Of a stretch of 64,000 bases of DNA, positions 1-8,402 are shown piece after piece; position 1 is the first letter of the stretch; the number at the start of each line of letters is the position of its first letter. Source of the DNA: Alphaproteobacteria bacterium (GTDB taxonomy: Bacteria > Pseudomonadota > Alphaproteobacteria > RF32 > CAG-239); assembly GCA_045578445.1 (NCBI GenBank), contig JAZNKG010000007.1:9838-73837 (forward strand), read 5' to 3'. A program made the translations under genes and the position numbers. Below the pieces are notes generated by a model. That model was given only the letters and a program-made list of their open reading frames with translations, ran no database searches and had not been told where the DNA came from.

Positions 1-179
1 TTATTGCCATGATTATCAGTATATGTTGTTACTCCGAGTGAATTGGTACGTGATTTTATGTTATTACCAAAGCTGTCTTTACAGCTTGTTACTCCCAATG
101 AATTTTTTGAGCAATTTATATCTGCTAGAGCTTGAGTGCTAAGTAGCAATATTGTTATGACTATGGTATATATTTTCAT
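1..179 (-). CDS. small secreted repeat protein, N-terminal part (runs off window edge)
   Basis: Not in the ORF track (<60 aa in window). Reverse-strand reading from ATG at 179 gives MKIYTIVITILLLSTQALADINCSKNSLGVTSCKDSFGNNIKSRTNSLGVTTYTDNHGN... This is a signal-peptide-like N-terminus followed by two copies of an NSLGVT-containing ~15-aa unit. No stop codon before position 1. Confidence 0.35.
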   Translation of the reverse strand, partial: MKIYTIVITILLLSTQALADINCSKNSLGVTSCKDSFGNNIKSRTNSLGVTTYTDNHGN

Positions 180-306
180 TTTATGTACTCCTTTGTTTTT
201 TTGTATATCAGCTTTGATAAAATGTAAACAAATTTATATTTACTTTAAAAAAAGTTTATTTATAATCACTCTTGTTAATCGATAATTATTTAAAATATAT
301 ATTATT

Positions 307-921
307 ATGAATAAGTTTAGAGATTTTGCGATTGAGAGTATTGATGACCAGTTATGTTTTCAATGTAATGTTAATCGTCGTAGTTCCAGTATCGAAGAAC
401 TGCTTTATATTTATGTGATGTATAAAGGAGCATCTGTTAATGAAAGTCAGTTCATTATTTGCCCTAGGGAAGGCACACACTATTCTCAAATAAGTTTGCT
501 TTTTAATGTTTGTCGCTTAAGCTACAAAGATGAAAAATCTTCAAGCTTATTTGATGTATTTTCTTCATGGCACTGCGAAAAGAAAGCTACGGTAATGTCT
601 TGGTATATAAACGGTCCTTTTGTTCCGGCTAATATCTTGGCTTATGATTGTTGTTATCCAAAGGAAATTTTCAAAATCCATCAGGATGAAAAAATTTTTC
701 CGTATGACTACAGTCGAGAGATTATCAGGGCGATAAAGGAATCTGAAATGTTGCGTCCTTATGTGCTTATGATTGATGAAGCATATGAAAAAGGATTAGC
801 ACAGAAAGAGTTTGGAATTTCACAAAGTTTCAAACTTCCACAAGAGCTTTTTGTTGAGCACATGTTTAAGATTAATCAACATTACTACCTTGACAGGCAG
901 GAATTCAATCTCCAACGCTAA
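307..921 (+). CDS. hypothetical Cys-rich protein
   Basis: 204-aa ORF followed directly by a strong terminator hairpin. No motif recognised. Confidence 0.5.
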   Translation: MNKFRDFAIESIDDQLCFQCNVNRRSSSIEELLYIYVMYKGASVNESQFIICPREGTHYSQISLLFNVCRLSYKDEKSSSLFDVFSSWHCEKKATVMSWYINGPFVPANILAYDCCYPKEIFKIHQDEKIFPYDYSREIIRAIKESEMLRPYVLMIDEAYEKGLAQKEFGISQSFKLPQELFVEHMFKINQHYYLDRQEFNLQR

Positions 922-928
922 AGTTTAG

Positions 929-961
929 AGAACAGTAGTTACAACTACTGTTCTTTTTTTG
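929..961 (+). terminator. rho-independent terminator
   Basis: AGAACAGTAGTT-aca-AACTACTGTTCT (12-bp stem) followed by T7. Confidence 0.75.
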
Positions 962-1044
962 TTTATAGATAAATTTTTATTTTTTCTTGTTTTTATTTTA
1001 GTTACGTATAAAATTTTTTATATAAATTTCGTTGGAGAGAGAAG

Positions 1045-2040
1045 ATGAATAAAATTGGAGTTATTGGTACAGGTATTTGGGGAACGGCTCTTGCTTTAAC
1101 GGCTAGTCGTGCAGGAAATGATGTTCTTTGTTGGGCAAGAAGACAAGAAATAGTCGATAGTATAAATCATTCTCATGTAAATAGAACATATCTTCCTGAT
1201 ATTCCTCTTCCAGATACAATAAAAGCAACAAATAATATTAAAGATATTTTTGATTTTGCAAAAATTATTCTTTTAACTGTTTCTGCTCAATATACTAGAG
1301 AGACATTAAAGTTAATCAAGCCCTATGTACAAAAAGATACTGTTATTGTGATTTGTGCTAAAGGAATTGAAGCAGACAGTGGTAAAATGTTATCTCAAGT
1401 GGCTAGAGAAGAAATTCCTGATACAACTATTGCTATTTTATCTGGTCCTGGTTTTGCTATTGACGTTGCTGAGAGAAGAATAGCCTCTGTTACAATAGCC
1501 TGTGAAAAAGAGGAAATTGCTTCTAAAATTACAGATATGCTTGGAACACAATTCTTTAGACCTTATTATACAACAGATATTATATCACCACAAATCGGCG
1601 GTAGTGTTAAAAATGTTATAGCTATTGCATCTGGTATTGTTGAAGGGGCGCATTTTGGAGATGGCGCAAGAGCAACTCTAATCACACGAGGTTTTCATGA
1701 AATGTCTAAGCTTGCTAAAGCTTTAGGCGGAGAGTTAACTACTATTACTGGTATGTGTGGTTTGGGCGACTTGGTGATGACTGCTAGTTGCTCACAATCT
1801 CGTAATTTTAGTTTTGGATATGAGATTGGAGTTAATGGAGAAGCAGAAAGTGTTATTAGAGCAAATACTCGTACTGTTGAGGGATTGCATACAACTAGAG
1901 CGGTGGTTAAAATTGCTAAAGAATTAGGCATTGAAATGCCTATTTGTGAGATGGTAAATCGTTTATTGTTTGAAGGAATATCTTTAAATGATGCAATGAT
2001 TAAATTGTTATCTCGTCCGTATAAAGAGGAAGGATTTTAA
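1045..2040 (+). CDS. gpsA: NAD(P)H-dependent glycerol-3-phosphate dehydrogenase
   Basis: N-terminal Rossmann motif IGVIGTGIWGTALA. Full-length colinearity with the GpsA family (LPD..LP, GPGFA, GGSVKNVIAIA.G). SD GGAGAGAG upstream. Confidence 0.93.
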   Translation: MNKIGVIGTGIWGTALALTASRAGNDVLCWARRQEIVDSINHSHVNRTYLPDIPLPDTIKATNNIKDIFDFAKIILLTVSAQYTRETLKLIKPYVQKDTVIVICAKGIEADSGKMLSQVAREEIPDTTIAILSGPGFAIDVAERRIASVTIACEKEEIASKITDMLGTQFFRPYYTTDIISPQIGGSVKNVIAIASGIVEGAHFGDGARATLITRGFHEMSKLAKALGGELTTITGMCGLGDLVMTASCSQSRNFSFGYEIGVNGEAESVIRANTRTVEGLHTTRAVVKIAKELGIEMPICEMVNRLLFEGISLNDAMIKLLSRPYKEEGF

Positions 2041-2045
2041 TTTTT

Positions 2046-2073
2046 AGCGGTGGCTTTTTACCACCGCTTTTTC
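2046..2073. terminator. bidirectional terminator between gpsA and trpB
   Basis: AGCGGTGG-cttttta-CCACCGCT flanked by T/A runs, between convergent genes. Confidence 0.7.
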
Positions 2074-2074
2074 T

Positions 2075-3253
2075 TTATATACCATATTTATCTGCAATAA
2101 AATCTAGGTCTTTATCACCTCGCCCCGATAAATTTACTAATATAGTTTTATCGTTTGGCATTGTTTTTGCTAATTTTGTAGCAAAAGCTAATGCGTGTGC
2201 GCTTTCTAATGCAGGAATTATTCCTTCTGTTTTAGGTAATTCATAAAAAGCTTGTAGACACTCTTTATCATCTATTGCTACATATTTTACTCTATTTATA
2301 GTATGTAAATATGCATGTTCAGGACCAACTGATGGATAATCTAAGCCACTTGCTATTGAATAAACTGGGGCTGGGTTATTTTTATCATCTGTTAGAACTA
2401 ATGATTTGAAACCATGGATGATACCTTCTTTTCCAAAAGTTATAGTTGCGGCGTGCTCGCCTAATTTTGTCCCCTTACCTAATGGTTCTACTCCATATAG
2501 TTCAACACTTTTATCTTTTATGAAACCGCTAAATATACCTATGGCATTGCTTCCTCCGCCTACACAGGCTATAACTGCATTTGGCAATGATCCTGTATCT
2601 TGAAGCATTTGTGACTTTGCTTCTTCGCCAATTATTGACTGATAATCTCTTACAATAGTTGGGAATGGATGTGGTCCTACGACTGAACCGATGCAATACA
2701 AACTATTTTCTACATCTTTTAAATATGCTTCAAATGCGCTATCTACAGCTTCTTTTAAGCTTTTTTGCCCATGTGTTACGGGGACGATTTTGCATCCTAA
2801 TAATTTCATGCGCAATACGTTTGAACGTTCTTTTATTATATCATTCTCCCCCATATGTATTTCACATTCTAGTCCTAAATATGCGGAGGCTGTTGCTAGA
2901 GCTACACCATGTTGCCCTGCTCCTGTTTCTGCAATTACTTTCTTTTTTTTCATAAATTTAGCTAATAGAGCTTCTCCGATACAATGATTTATCTTATGTG
3001 AACCGGTATGATTTAGGTCTTCTCTTTTTAGATATATTTGTGCTCCACCTATTTTTTTAGTTAAATTTTTTGCATATGTTATTGGGGTTGGTCTTCCTTG
3101 ATAGGTACGTCTTATATATTGCATATCTTCAACAAATTGGGGATTATTTTTTAGCTCAATATAAGCTTGTTTTACTTTTTGCATTTCTTGGTTTAGTTCT
3201 GCAGAAATATATGCTCCACCAAATGGACCGAAAAATCCTGATAAATCTTTCAT
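2075..3253 (-). CDS. trpB: tryptophan synthase beta chain (stand-alone)
   Basis: PLP-lysine motif [20 protein letters not shown] and GGGSNAIG motifs, 392 aa. SD AAGGAAA. No trpA or other trp gene is adjacent. Confidence 0.92.
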   Translation of the reverse strand: MKDLSGFFGPFGGAYISAELNQEMQKVKQAYIELKNNPQFVEDMQYIRRTYQGRPTPITYAKNLTKKIGGAQIYLKREDLNHTGSHKINHCIGEALLAKFMKKKKVIAETGAGQHGVALATASAYLGLECEIHMGENDIIKERSNVLRMKLLGCKIVPVTHGQKSLKEAVDSAFEAYLKDVENSLYCIGSVVGPHPFPTIVRDYQSIIGEEAKSQMLQDTGSLPNAVIACVGGGSNAIGIFSGFIKDKSVELYGVEPLGKGTKLGEHAATITFGKEGIIHGFKSLVLTDDKNNPAPVYSIASGLDYPSVGPEHAYLHTINRVKYVAIDDKECLQAFYELPKTEGIIPALESAHALAFATKLAKTMPNDKTILVNLSGRGDKDLDFIADKYGI

Positions 3254-3337
3254 GTTATTTTCCTTATATGTATTAATATTATGTGATTTTTTGCCTATTA
3301 GGTTGGCTAGACCGTATAATAAAAATGTATAGGTGCG

Positions 3338-3409
3338 TTAGCACCACCAAAACCATACGTTGGTAGAGTTTAATATTTTAGCAATAAATTTCGTTTTGCA
3401 TATCTTCAT
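3338..3409 (-). CDS. candidate Trp-rich leader peptide (23 aa) upstream of trpB
   Basis: Not in the ORF track. Reverse-strand ATG at 3409 reads MKICKTKFIAKILNSTNVWFWWC-stop, with three Trp codons in the last five sense codons. The stop lies 84 nt upstream of the trpB ATG, and alternative hairpins overlap the Trp codons. Confidence 0.5.
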   Translation of the reverse strand: MKICKTKFIAKILNSTNVWFWWC

Positions 3410-3416
3410 GATGTTA

Positions 3417-3444
3417 ATTATATGGTCTCTTTTTTATTAATCAA
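3417..3444 (-). promoter_or_regulatory. candidate sigma70-type promoter for leader peptide/trpB
   Basis: Reverse strand TTGATT-16 nt-TATAAT. The -10 element ends 7 nt before the leader ATG, which would make the leader ORF leaderless (no SD is present). Confidence 0.45.
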
Positions 3445-3533
3445 TACTTTTGATATAAAAAAATATTTATACTAAGCTTGTTTTTATTTTTTCTATTACC
3501 ATATTTAGCTTTTGTAATAATAAAGGTGATAGT

Positions 3534-5843
3534 ATGAAAAGAATTTTGTTTTTATTTGTGTTTATCTTTGGTTTTATAAATATTGCTATTGGTCAAGTAT
3601 CTGATAAAGAGTTTAATCTAACACAAAGCAACAAAATTTTAGATAAAATTTTCAAAGAATTAGAAGACAAAAATATTACTAGAAAGCAAACAGCTAATTT
3701 TATTGAAGAAATTACTAACCTTAAAGCAACTCTTATTCTTAAAAAAAGTGATTATAATATTGAATTCGAAAATTTAGAAAAAAAGATACTTGCTCTTGGA
3801 GAAAAGACTGACAAAACTGAACCAATTGAGATAGCTAAACAACGAGAAGAATTTGCTACAAAAATTGATAAGGTTAAAACTCAAATAGCTCAGATTGATT
3901 TACAACTAGCAAAAATTGATGAAATTAATGGACTTGTTCTAAAAATTAGAAATCAACAATTACTAGACAATATATTAGTTAAACAAAGTTCTATTTTTCA
4001 TCCTGAAGAATTTTGGTATTCTATAGTAAAATTTTCTGAATTTATTTTTGAGCTAGTTAAGTCTCCTTTAAATTGGCATTTACACTTAGATGAAAAGCAG
4101 AAAAATATTGTATCTGAAAAAATTTATTTTATGAGCATTAGTATTTTGTTGATGGTACTTATTGCTATTGTTGTAAGATTTTATATTAAAAAGTTTTTTG
4201 GATATAATGATTTGATTATAAAGCCTAATTATTCTCAAAAAATTAGCACAGCTATTGGTATGTTTGTTGTTTATAGTTTAATTCCTATTACTATTTTTTT
4301 AACTTTTATGTTTTGGTTTAATAATCTTCCATTATTAAATGATGGCGCTTTTGGTATTTTAGTAAAAAATACGGTTTTATATATATTTTATTATTATCTA
4401 TTAAAATCTTTTTTTAAGATAATCTTTAGCCCTTATGAAAGCAAATGGCGTATTATTGAAATTGATAATGAAAAAGCGAAAACTATATATTCTGTTGTTA
4501 TTTTTTCTTCTTTTTTAATTTGCGTTGTTTCATTTTTTCAAAATATTGCTAATCAAATCAATTATGATGCGTCTATCGTTTATTCTATAAAAATATTTGC
4601 TAATGCTGTTAAGGCATTTTGCATTATTTTGATTGCAAGAAAAACCTTATATACAAATAAAACTCTATCTGATGATGAAATAAAAAATGAGGAAATTATT
4701 ACAGAGCTTAGTACATCTTCAAAGTTGAGCCTTTTTATTATTTTTTCTATGATTATTGCTTTTATGTTTTCTTTATTTGGGTATATTAGGCTATCTGAAT
4801 TTATTATTAATCGATTTATTTATTCTATTATTGTTATTGGTTTATTTTATATTTTTGATAAACTAATTAGAGCTATTATACACCAAATTATGTTATTAAA
4901 GGTGTGGGTGAAAACTTTTAGAATAAATAGAAGGTCGTTAGTTAAAACAGAATTTTGGATTGGGTTATTATTAAGTCCTATTATGTGGATTGTTGCAATT
5001 TTGGTACTATTGGCTATTTGGGGTGTTTCTGTTGATTTATTGATAGCAAAGGCTAAGGGTATCTTTATTGGTTTTAATATTGGGGGTGTTCATATTTCTA
5101 TAAGTTCTATTTTGTTAGGAATTTTGAGTTTCTTTGTCTTGCTATCATTATTTAAGATGCTAAAAAATAGCTTTATTAATGGAAAACTTAGCCATATTGA
5201 AATGAATGATGGTTTACGCAATTCTGTTGTTTCTTCTATTGGCTTTTTAGGATTTATTGTATCTGGAATTTTAGCTATAGCTATTATGGGGGGAAGTCTT
5301 ACAAATATTGCTTTTATTGCTGGTGCACTTTCTTTTGGCATGGGTCTTGGCTTGCAGAACATGGTTAGCAACTTGGCTGCTGGTTTAACCATATTATGGG
5401 CGAGACCTATTAAAATTGGAGATTGGGTAGTTATTAACGGTTTAGAAGGTGTAGTTAGTCAAATAAATATGCGTTCAACAGAAATTAAAACATGGGATAA
5501 ATCAACTGCAATTATACCTAATTCTGATATTTTATCAAAAAGTTTGATTAACTATACCTATTCAGGAAGAATTGGTAGAGTTGTAATTAAAGTTGGAGTT
5601 GATTATAATAATGATGTAAAAAAAGTTAAGGAAGCTTTGTTAAATATTGTTAATACTGACGATAAAATTTTACAAATTCCTGCCCCATCGGTTAATATTA
5701 ACGGAGTTACTGATGGAAATTTGATTTTTCAACTGATTTGTTTTACTGATAACGTTTTTAATAGAGCCAGTATCAGCAATGATTTGAGAGAAAATATAAT
5801 TGACTATTTTAGAAAAATGAATGTAACTATATATTTTATATAG
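3534..5843 (+). CDS. MscS-family mechanosensitive channel, MscK/KefA-like architecture
   Basis: MscS core near the C-terminus: GLGLQNMVSNLAAGLTILWARPIKIGDWVVINGLEGVVSQINMRSTEIKTWD. Signal peptide, coiled-coil region and many TM segments precede it. SD AAAGGTGA. Confidence 0.85.
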   Translation: MKRILFLFVFIFGFINIAIGQVSDKEFNLTQSNKILDKIFKELEDKNITRKQTANFIEEITNLKATLILKKSDYNIEFENLEKKILALGEKTDKTEPIEIAKQREEFATKIDKVKTQIAQIDLQLAKIDEINGLVLKIRNQQLLDNILVKQSSIFHPEEFWYSIVKFSEFIFELVKSPLNWHLHLDEKQKNIVSEKIYFMSISILLMVLIAIVVRFYIKKFFGYNDLIIKPNYSQKISTAIGMFVVYSLIPITIFLTFMFWFNNLPLLNDGAFGILVKNTVLYIFYYYLLKSFFKIIFSPYESKWRIIEIDNEKAKTIYSVVIFSSFLICVVSFFQNIANQINYDASIVYSIKIFANAVKAFCIILIARKTLYTNKTLSDDEIKNEEIITELSTSSKLSLFIIFSMIIAFMFSLFGYIRLSEFIINRFIYSIIVIGLFYIFDKLIRAIIHQIMLLKVWVKTFRINRRSLVKTEFWIGLLLSPIMWIVAILVLLAIWGVSVDLLIAKAKGIFIGFNIGGVHISISSILLGILSFFVLLSLFKMLKNSFINGKLSHIEMNDGLRNSVVSSIGFLGFIVSGILAIAIMGGSLTNIAFIAGALSFGMGLGLQNMVSNLAAGLTILWARPIKIGDWVVINGLEGVVSQINMRSTEIKTWDKSTAIIPNSDILSKSLINYTYSGRIGRVVIKVGVDYNNDVKKVKEALLNIVNTDDKILQIPAPSVNINGVTDGNLIFQLICFTDNVFNRASISNDLRENIIDYFRKMNVTIYFI

Positions 5844-5866
5844 TTTTGCTTGTGTCAGAGGTTATT

Positions 5867-6670
5867 ATGATTAACTTTATGAAATTAACATATAAATTAG
5901 CTATATTTGTGTGTGCGTATGCATTAATTCTTTATTTAGCACAAGAAAATTTTTATTTACATCCTGATAAAGAATATATACCACCTAGTAAATGTGGAAT
6001 GCCAAGATTTAAGGAGATAACATTAAAATCCGATGATAATATTAATGTTGTTAATTGGTATGCAAAAGGAGATAGTAATAAACCTATTTTATTATTTTTT
6101 CATGGAAATAAAGCACAAATGGCTGAATTTGCCCCAGCTTTATCGCCTTACATTAGAGAAGGTTTTAATGTGATGATGGCTGAATATAGGGGATTTGGCG
6201 GAGCTAATGGAAAATTTAGCCAAGAAAATATGTATAAAGATGCATCAAATATCTATGACTATTTGAAAAACAAATTAAAATATAATGATATTTATGTATT
6301 TGGATTTTCTTTAGGTACAGCTCCGGCTTCTTATTTAGCAGAAGCTAAAAAGCCTAAAGGAGTAATTTTAGGTGCGCCTTTTTATTCTTTGAAAGAAGTC
6401 GCTGGAGAAAAGAATATTCCTCTAGCTAAATATATTATAAAATATGAAATGCCGTCTTATAAATATGTTAAAAATTATAAAGGAGATTTGTTAATAGTAC
6501 ATGGAACTGACGATATGGTGATTCCTGCTCATCATGGTAAAAGTTTATATGAATTATCTTCTAGTAATTCTAAAAAGCTTGTCTTGTTGCCCAAAACTGG
6601 GCATAATGATTTATTTTTTAATAATAAAGGAGCTCATCCGCATATTATAGATTGGATTAATTCTCATTAA
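5867..6670 (+). CDS. alpha/beta-fold serine hydrolase
   Basis: FHGN oxyanion region, GFSLG nucleophile elbow, late HG.DD...GHND. I prefer ATG 5867 (SD AGAGG) over the TTG at 5846 used in the ORF track. Confidence 0.75.
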   Translation: MINFMKLTYKLAIFVCAYALILYLAQENFYLHPDKEYIPPSKCGMPRFKEITLKSDDNINVVNWYAKGDSNKPILLFFHGNKAQMAEFAPALSPYIREGFNVMMAEYRGFGGANGKFSQENMYKDASNIYDYLKNKLKYNDIYVFGFSLGTAPASYLAEAKKPKGVILGAPFYSLKEVAGEKNIPLAKYIIKYEMPSYKYVKNYKGDLLIVHGTDDMVIPAHHGKSLYELSSSNSKKLVLLPKTGHNDLFFNNKGAHPHIIDWINSH

Positions 6671-7232
6671 AATATTCTAGATATATACTTTTTAGTTCTT
6701 CTTGTCCTTTAGAATTTAGGTGTACAGCATCTGTATATAGTATTTCTAAATCTTTGGTCTTAAATTTTTCATAGGCATCTATGTATAAAATACTATGTTC
6801 TTTTGCTAGATATTGCAACATACGGTTAAATGTTTCTATAGTTTTATTAAATGCGTACTGTGGACTATCTAGCCAAGTTTGATTTGGAAATCTTTTTTCT
6901 ATTACTGGTAATACAGATTGGATAATAACTTTATCTGCTTTGGTTTTAGCTATGGTTAATATTTGATTATATTGAGCCATTAGCTTTATATTCACAAAAT
7001 CTTCAGCTTTACGACTTTCTTGTAGTAAATCATTAATTCCAACCGCAATTATAATAGTATTATACGTATTTGTATCTTTGATAAGCTTTTCTAAAACATT
7101 AGATGTTGTTTCTCCATTTTGAGCATTTTTAATCTTATTTTTAAAAGCCGTTAAACCATCGAACCAGCTTTTATTATTTGAGCCATATCCATAAGCTATA
7201 CTATCACCATAAACTGAAATTTTGTAATCCAT
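6657..7232 (-). CDS. SGNH/GDSL hydrolase
   Basis: Block I VYGDSIAYG, block V DAVHLN. The start is probably MDYK (7232), because GGAGAAGGG sits just upstream; the track start is 7244. The 3' end overlaps the convergent hydrolase gene by 14 nt. Confidence 0.8.
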   Translation of the reverse strand: MDYKISVYGDSIAYGYGSNNKSWFDGLTAFKNKIKNAQNGETTSNVLEKLIKDTNTYNTIIIAVGINDLLQESRKAEDFVNIKLMAQYNQILTIAKTKADKVIIQSVLPVIEKRFPNQTWLDSPQYAFNKTIETFNRMLQYLAKEHSILYIDAYEKFKTKDLEILYTDAVHLNSKGQEELKSIYLEYFNEN

Positions 7233-7250
7233 GCCCTTCTCCATTTTTTA

Positions 7251-7271
7251 AAGCCACCAATACGGTGGCTT
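7251..7271. terminator. hairpin downstream of the NUDIX gene
   Basis: AAGCCACC-aatac-GGTGGCTT between the NUDIX stop (7276) and the SGNH start. The U-tract is weak on the minus strand. Confidence 0.45.
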
Positions 7272-7275
7272 TTAT

Positions 7276-7755
7276 TTATAAATCTATTACTTCTTTAATA
7301 TGGAAATTTTCGTCATAGATAAAACGTCTTTTCACATATTTTCCAGAAATAATTTCAGGTAAAAAGTTGCGATCTGCTTCTCGCATTTCTTCGTAAGGAA
7401 CTTTATCTGTATCTTGCCAAAAGGCATTTACTTCTGCTTCGTTTTCTTTTATATTACCAGAAAACTTGGTGCTTTTGAAAACATGAACATAGTAGTCAAC
7501 ACCAGGAAATTCTATATATCCTACTTCAATGGGATTTTCTATTTTGATACCTGTTTCTTCAAAAGTTTCTCTTACTACGCAATCTTTAATACTTTCATTT
7601 GGCTCTTTCTTGCCACCAGGAAAATTTATGCAACCTTTATTTATTCCGCGATGATGCCTTATCATAAGATATTTATGATTAATAGTATCTTCGACGATTG
7701 ATAAAGACGCAATTTTTCTCATTTTTTCCTCATTTGTTGTTTTTGATTTATTCAT
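7276..7755 (-). CDS. NUDIX hydrolase (MutT-like)
   Basis: Nudix box GGKKEPNESIKDCVVRETFEETGI (G-x5-E-x7-REUxEExGU). Confidence 0.85.
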   Translation of the reverse strand: MNKSKTTNEEKMRKIASLSIVEDTINHKYLMIRHHRGINKGCINFPGGKKEPNESIKDCVVRETFEETGIKIENPIEVGYIEFPGVDYYVHVFKSTKFSGNIKENEAEVNAFWQDTDKVPYEEMREADRNFLPEIISGKYVKRRFIYDENFHIKEVIDL

Positions 7756-7937
7756 AATAGTTTAGTTTATTTACCTAATTGTATGTTTGTAAGGGGTAGT
7801 GTAGAAAATTTTTTTATTTAAATCAAGCGGTTTTATTGTGTGATTTATTAATATTTTTATTGAATAGCTCTTATTTTATTATATTTTGTTTGTTGTAAGA
7901 AGATTATTATGCCAAACCTATAAAATACATATTATTA

Positions 7938-8110
7938 TGAGTACAAATAGCAATGGTTCAAGCGAGAGTAGCTCTTTGCTGGACAAGTTTTTTGGATGGC
8001 TCGATAGTATAGAGCTGTCTCCGTCTACACGTGAATGGATGGAAGCCTACAACGAGGCCAGTGATAACTTTAACAATGGTTACATTGGCGGTAACTTTGG
8101 TGGTTTTTAG
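7938..8110 (+). CDS. small hypothetical protein (57 aa)
   Basis: MSTNSNGSSESSSLLDKFFGWLDSIELSPSTREWMEAYNEASDNFNNGYIGGNFGGF. Locally GC-richer than the flanks and followed by an 11-bp-stem hairpin (8122-8156). No SD. Confidence 0.3.
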
Positions 8111-8194
8111 TTAACCACTTGCTCTCAGAAAGGCTTTTTTATGGTCTTTCTGAGAGTTCTCTGATAATCACATATCATCCTTAACCTATAGCTT

Positions 8195-8347
8195 ATGAAA
8201 CTTGGCACAAGAACTAATAAAAAATCATTCTTTACAAGGTTTAAAGAGTGCTTTTTTGCATTTCCTATGTGGATTATTGAGTGTATGAACGCGCACAATC
8301 GCTTCGTACAGCCTGATAATAAAAATTTCAACTATGGTGGTTGGTAG
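8195..8347 (+). CDS. possible small ORF (50 aa)
   Basis: Not in the ORF track. MKLGTRTNKKSFFTRFKECFFAFPMWIIECMNAHNRFVQPDNKNFNYGGW. Its C-terminus (DN.NFN.G..GG-aromatic) loosely echoes the preceding small ORF. The stop lies 13 nt before a plus-strand terminator. No SD. Confidence 0.2.
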   Translation: MKLGTRTNKKSFFTRFKECFFAFPMWIIECMNAHNRFVQPDNKNFNYGGW

Positions 8348-8359
8348 TTTAGTGTGGTT

Positions 8360-8402
8360 GGCTCTGAAATGTTTCTGTTAAGAACGTTCAGAGCCTTTTT
8401 TA
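8360..8402 (+). terminator. plus-strand rho-independent terminator overlapping the acrB-like stop codon
   Basis: GGCTCTGAA-(18 nt)-TTCAGAGCC followed by T6 on the plus strand. The 3' arm lies inside the last codons of the convergent RND gene. Confidence 0.5.

Noticed and set aside
3254-3420. Possible T-box riboswitch upstream of trpB. The minus strand has AGAGA and TGGTGGTGCTAACGC, vaguely like the T-box GGUGGUACCGCG core.
   Set aside because: I could find no convincing Stem I, specifier loop with a positioned UGG, or canonical terminator/antiterminator pair. The same bases are better explained as the W-F-W-W-C codons of a short leader ORF.
8125-8331. 68-aa minus-strand ORF in the NUDIX-RND gap.
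   Set aside because: It has no SD and no recognisable motif, and it lies antisense to a plus-strand region that carries two correctly oriented hairpin terminators. It is not reported as a gene.
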